This document shows, piece after piece, positions 35,500 to 41,204 of a DNA stretch of 41,204 nt. The position numbers and the translations under genes are program-made. A model generated the notes under the pieces. It ran no database searches, was not told the DNA's origin, and was given only the letters and a program-made list of their open reading frames with translations. This DNA is from Jimgerdemannia flammicorona (Eukaryota), in contig RBNJ01000112.1 of the NCBI GenBank assembly GCA_003990765.1, positions 1-41,204 of the forward strand, read 5' to 3'. How positions within the stretch are numbered: position 1 is the stretch's first letter; the number at the start of each line of letters is the position of its first letter.

Positions 35500-37524
35500 A
35501 TGTCTTCAAGCAAGAGTTCCAATGGGTGTACTGGGTCGGGGGGAGCTGGAGCTTTCGGCTGGCAGGAGGTAGGGAGGGGTTTTGGCCTGGGGATAGGGGC
35601 CTTTGGAGGGTCGAAAGGTGGAGAGGGCTCTGGAGGAGGACCAGTGTTGGGTGGTAACAGGGGAAGGGCTGGCCCCTCCAGCTTTGCTGACAAGGTGAAG
35701 GGGAGTGGATGGCCAGTTGGAGACAGGGCTGGAGACAGGGCTGGTGCTGCTGTGGGGAAGAGCAAGGCGAGCCTTGGGAGGGGGGGTGGTCCTCAGGTTA
35801 GAGGTATGAGCATAGGGTCTGGAGGAGCTGTGGCTGGGGGTGGGACTGCTGATGGGGGTGTGACGGCGAATAGGGAAAAAAAAAGAGATGTGACGGCTGA
35901 TGGCCAGGGGGGTCAGGGGTTTCTGATGCAGGAGGGGGACCTGGCAGATGGTGTAACAGGGCTGGCGGTGGCCCTGTTGCTCAAGAAATTGATTTCAGAG
36001 TTCACAGTCACATTGTGCTTCCAGGGCTTGGCAGTGATGGCAAGGATAGTTCTGGGGCTGATTTCGAAGCAAGTGGCAGGGGCTGCCTCGGTGAAGTTCC
36101 TGAAGGGCTTGGAGGGGGTTGAGGTGGGCTTTGAGGAAGCGGGCCCACTGGATGAGGCCCTGAAGACTGGAGTTGTAGTTGGAGAGGTGGTGGTACCCAT
36201 GGTGTGGTGCTTGAGATGGGACCCCAGGGTGGTGTAGCTTTTGGTGAGGGGGGTGCCCACAGTGTCTAAGGAGGAGACTAGGAAGAGGGTGGAGGAGGTG
36301 ATGGTGGAGTATGGTAATGTGGTGGATGTTGGATTTCAGGTGTGGGAGGGGACTACGTTCAGGACGGGTAATGTCGATGTCAGGATCCGGCTGGCAGGGA
36401 AGGAGGCCACGGGGAAGATGAGTGACAGGCTCTCGGTACTGGTGTGGGGGGCATTCATCTATAAGGTGTCAAGGGTAAAGGGGAGTGAGGAAGAGGAGGA
36501 GGACTTGTTGGAGGTGCTGGAGGAGTTGGGTGGGGCTGTGGAGAGGAGGACGAAAGCCTGGAAGCTATTTGAGGAGTCGATGCATCTGGAGATTGTAAAT
36601 GGGAAGTATGTGCGCACTGACAAGAAGCAGTGGGAGAGGGCCCAGGGCCGCAAGAGGCAGAGGGAGCTCTTGGCGAGTATGACAGGAGGGGAGAAGAGGA
36701 AGGTGGATGGGGCTGTGGAGTCTGGAGGCATTAAAGCCAGTGTATGGGCTGGCAAAGGAGGGAAGGAGGCGGTGGGGACAGAGGAATGGGCTGCAAAGAT
36801 GCTGGGCCGAGATCCCTATGCTGATGGTACTTTCGAAGTTTGGGAGGTGGAGTCTGATGGCACTCCCCCCCCTCTAGTCAGGAGGGGCCCGGTGGGGCGG
36901 AGAGTGGTGGCAGAAGATATACAGATGCAGGGGGTCCAGCATATTACCTTTGGGGTCCCAGATGTGGCAAAAGGAGGCCAGGTGGTGGCGGTTGGAGAGG
37001 ATGAGCTGGTGGACATCTCTGAGGAGGCATGGGATGAGGCTGCCAGTATAGGTGCTGACACCACAATATTGGATGCAGGGCAGCCGGAGACTCCAGGAGG
37101 GAAGGAGGTGGGGAACTTGCTGTGGTTGAGCAAGGTGATGGATAACCTCGCGGCTGAGGCATTGGGGGATGTGGACCTGCAGGTAATGCCTGAGGAACAC
37201 TGGGCGAGTATTCTGTATAGCGATGGGGTGATGGAGGTGCTGGGGGTGGAGATTCTGGTAATCCTCTTGGAGGAGGAGGGATATGAGGTTGATGAGGCGA
37301 GGAAGGCAGAGCTAGTAGTGGTTGCAGGGGAGTGGGCAGCCTACTGTTGGGCTGAGCGTCGTGGTCTGCAGTTCTGGTGGGAGGCTTGCATGGAGTACCG
37401 TGAGGACTTTGAAGAGAAAGAAGATGGGGCAATGGTAGAACTTCTGAAAGGGCTGGAGGCACAGGATGCTGGGGAAAGGGAACTGGCTGCTGAGCATGAC
37501 TCGGACTTGGCGCAGGAGGAGTAG
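35500..37524 (+). pseudogene. LINE ORF1 (one in-frame TAG at 36235)
   Basis: ORFs 35500-36237 and 36241-37524 share a frame; RRM-like LLVRGVP...YGNVVDV...RTGNVDVRIRL. Confidence 0.85.
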
Positions 37525-37571
37525 AATGTGGACTTGTAGATGATGGGATTGCTCTTTCAACATTATTCCTT

Positions 37572-40500
37572 ATGAACAGTACAACTAACATTTTCTCGTT
37601 GAATGTGAATGGGTTGCGGGGATCAGGGAGGCGAAAAAGCATTTTTACTTGGCTCAAGGGATTGGAGGCTGATCTCTTCTTACTACAGGATGTTTGGTGT
37701 GAGGATGAGGGTAATTGTGTAGAGTGGACTAGGGAATGGGGAGGAGCTACTGCTTGGTTTGGAAAAGTGGTAATTCTGGTGAGGAAGGGTAGAGGAGACT
37801 TGGAGGGAATCAAGAACTGGGGTGATCATTTGGTCTGGGGTGATTGGTGGTGGCTGGGGTGGGAGCCGGTGAGGGTTGGCTCTTGCTACTGCCCTGTGGT
37901 TAGGGGAGAGAGAATTGTGTGGATTGAGGAACTACTGGAGGAGGGTATTCTGTTGGAGGAAGGGGTTGATGTTCTTGGTGGGGACTTTAACATGGTCCAG
38001 GATCAGCGTCTAGACAGAACTGATGGAGGGAGGAGTGCAGGGGGGAGAAGTGGGGGTCTGGATGCATGGGAGGAGGTGGAGAAGCTGAGTTCCCTAGGGG
38101 ATATGGGCAGATCTAGGTGGGGCAGTTCCAGGGTCTACACACATTGGGTGAATGGTTTAGGTACGAGGATTGATTGGATTCTGACAGCCGAGTGTTGGGG
38201 TTTGGATGTTTGGAAGGTGCTGGGGGTGGAGTGGTGCCCATGGTCTGATCATTGGGGACTGTTGGGGCAGGGGCAGTTTGGGGGGAGTGGAGATGGACCC
38301 AGACATTGGTACCTTAACTCCTCCCTGCTGGCTGAGAAGGGGTTGTGGGACTCATGGGTGGAGGGTGTTCAGGCGAAGGTTCTTCTTTGGAGGCATGAGG
38401 GTTTATTGGTGGGTGTCCATTGGATAAGACTGAAAGAGGCTGTGAGGGTCTTTTGGGGAGGAGCTGGTAAGGACGCTGGGAGGCGGAGGAAGGAGTGCAT
38501 GAGGTGTGCTTCTAGCAGGCTGAGAAGACTACAAATGGATTGGGCGGATTTACTTGCTTCTGATGGGGTAGAGGATTGGAGGATAGAGCAGGTTAAGTTG
38601 GAGATATTGGAGCTGAAGCAGGTACTGAGAGATGAGGAGGAGACTCACATACATGGTATAGCTGCTAGGCTATGGTGGCAGGGGCTTGAGGAGGGTGAGA
38701 GGCCTACTAGGTATTTATCAAGGCTCCTTCAGGCTAGGAGGGTGCGACATCGGTGGGAGGGGATCCTAGATACTGAGGGCGACATAGTGCATGGCACACA
38801 ACAAATCTTAGGGGTATTGAAGGAGAGATGGCAGGGTTTGTGGAGCGAGAGTGAAGGGGGTGCTGATGGGGAGGTGATAGCAGATACACTAGGAGAGTGG
38901 GGACTGCTGCCAGTGGATGGACTGGGCGACTTGATCTTACCAGTGCAAGGAGAGGAGATCCAGAGTGTCCTTGTGGCCACTAAGATTGGAATGGCACCAG
39001 GGGAGGATGGGTTGCCATGGGACTTCTGGAAGAAGATGGTGAAGGTCCCGGGCATGTTGGGTGAGATGGCTGCTCTCTGTGACCATGTCCTTCAAAGTAG
39101 TGAGTGGGTTGGAGAGCAGGACCTTGGACTGGTGGCCTTATTGTACAAAGACAAGGGGAGGAGGGAAGATTGGAAGAATTGGAGACCAATCATGCTGCTG
39201 GATATGGACAGGAAGATGGTGACTAAGGTGATCATCACAAGACTGCAGAAAGTTGCCCAACAGGTGCTGGGGGAGGAGCAGTGAGGCTTTGTTGGAGGCA
39301 GGCTTATAGAGATGGGATTGCATGGGTACATGGTGTCATTGAAGGGGCCCAGGCTTGTGGTTTGGATAGAAGGTTGGTCTTTTTGGACCAGGAGAAGGCC
39401 TATGACCGAGTAAGATGGGTTTGGCTAGGCAAGGTGTTGGACCGGATTAGTATTCCACCAGGATTTCGGACCTCTATGTTGAGTCTGCTGGAGAGTAGTC
39501 GAGCGGCGCTGATGTGTAATGATCACTGTGGTCTGGCATTCCCCTTGGATAGGGGAGTTCCTCAGGGGGACCCTCTGTCCCCTATTCTCTATGCCCTTTT
39601 GTTAGAGCCACTGATGGATAGGATTCGCCGGAAGGTGGTAGGGCTCTCTATATATAGTATAGTGTGGAAGGTGGGGGCCTTTGCTGATGATATGGTAGTC
39701 GGACTTGGGTCTGTGGCAGATGTCAAGACTCTCAAGGAGACAGTAGAATGGTATGAGGCGCATTCAGGGGCAAAGCTCAACTGGCATAAGTGTGAGACAA
39801 TGGTGCTTGGAAATAGACTAGTGGGTGGGGATATCATTGGAACAATTGTCCCCACAGGTGAGGTGGTGAGATACCTGGGCATCTTCCTCTCTGTATATGG
39901 TTCTGTCTTGCCATGAGGGTGGTGGGAGAGCAGAGTGACCATTTGGGGGGAGGCCCTTTGCAGCTGGGGAGGCCACCATATCTCTCTGGTGGGGAGGGTG
40001 TCGATTCTGAATGTGTACTGGTTCCCCAAGCTGTGGTACATGGCCTATCACCTGGACTTCCCAGCTTGGGTGGTGAAGAGGTTGACGAAGATGGCAAGAG
40101 ATTGGATTTGGGCAGGGAGGAGGTCCCAGATTGGTTGGGATATGCTTGCAACACCGGTGGTCAGGGGGGGTCTTGGCCTTATAGATTTCCCTAAGAGGTT
40201 GTACTGTCTGCGTGCCTGGTGGTTGAAAAGAGCTGCTGAACTGCAGGGGGGGAGTTGGGTGCTGCTGCTGCAGAAGGTGTGGGAGATGAGGACCTCCCCT
40301 CGAGGGTCCTCCAGAGATCTGCTCGCTCTGGTGGAGCTGAATGGAAGTAGGAGGCTGTGGTTTAAGGGCTTTTGGTGGGGGGTGGTAGATGGTGCCCACC
40401 GGATTGGTCTGCACTGGCAAGGCAATGAGGGGGAGGGAGTGTGGGGGCCTGATATGTGGCGATGGGAGGGACTGCTGCTGGGGGGTGCTCCAATTGAAAC

Positions 40501-41204
40501 ATTTAATCTTGGAGATAGGGTGGAGTGTCAGCAGGGTCTTGACCAGGATCTTAGGCCAAGTGGCTGGCAGGGGGCAGGGATTGGTGAGGAGTGGGACTGG
40601 GCGGGTATCTGGTCTTGGAGTGCTGAGGTGCAGAGATGGCTTCCCCCTAAGTACTGGGTAGTGTGGTGGCGAATGCTGCAGAGGAATATCATGCTGAATT
40701 TTCACACTGGGCATCTGGTGGATGGTGGCCATTTTGATTGTGAGGAGTGTTACAATGTAGGGCAGGCTGGGGGATTTGTGCAGACACTGGAATATTGGCT
40801 GGGGGAGTATGAGGTATTGGGGGACTTTTGGGTAGAAATAGGCAATAGACTGGGTGTGGAGTGGAGGCCGGCAGGTGTGGGAGGCTGCTGGGAGGACTTG
40901 AGATCTCGGCTTGTAGGGGGGGTGGGCGATAGTTGGATCACTGTAGGGTGAGTGTTGGCAATGTGGGTGGGGATGGCGGGCCATTGGCTTTTTGTATTTG
41001 AGGAGGGGCAGTAGGTAGGGTGCCAGGAGAAGATATTATAGTGGGAGGAGCTGTTGGGGGATCTTTTGATTGGATGGTGGGTGGGCTGGGGTCCTCAGGG
41101 TGGACGCCATCACAGTTTGGTGGCGAGGATTTGTGAGCAGAGTGGAGGGAGGGTAGAAATGATATTAGACAAGGTGGTCTTTCATAGGGAAGGAGTAGGG
41201 GGGG
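37572..41204 (+). pseudogene. LINE ORF2: APE endonuclease, reverse transcriptase and decayed zf-RVT
   Basis: SLNVNGL, GGDFN, RIDWIL, SDH; APGEDGLP, NWRPI, Q*GFV.GR (frameshift at ~39310), DQEKAYDRV, GVPQGDPLSP, FADD, RYLG; CEEC..TLEY...FW. Confidence 0.95.

Larger units (their letters stand above)
35430..41204 (+). mobile_element. L1/Tx1-type LINE, near-intact, inserted into the G4 integrase and running off the window
   Basis: Short 5' UTR, ORF1 and ORF2 with few lesions, G-rich sense strand. Confidence 0.95.

Noticed and set aside
36944-40984. Long antisense Pro/His-rich ORFs (289 aa, 388 aa and others)
   Set aside because: These are shadow frames of the G-rich LINE sense strand and contain no motifs.

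Overview
This window is an eukaryotic, almost certainly fungal, transposon graveyard with no recognisable host gene, RNA gene or CRISPR array. It is a stack of nested, C->T/G->A hypermutated elements: a piggyBac-like transposase remnant, three non-LTR retrotransposon (LINE) pieces, four Ty3/Gypsy LTR retrotransposons (G1-G4), and an endonuclease-less Penelope-like element. Two of the LINE pieces are L1/Tx1-type, and one of those is nearly intact. G2 and G4 carry a chromodomain. G1-G3 carry a dUTPase, in two different positions within pol. The most unusual signal is a ~2.05-kb LTR present four times. It encodes an unknown ~365-codon ORF entirely inside its predicted U3 region, with its own CCAAT/TATA-like promoter and tandem PPxY motifs. 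This ORF appears distantly related to an extra ORF downstream of the integrase of the distinct element G1, suggesting an undescribed accessory-gene family of fungal Ty3/Gypsy elements. All assignments come from manual translation and motif recognition, and many boundaries are approximate.
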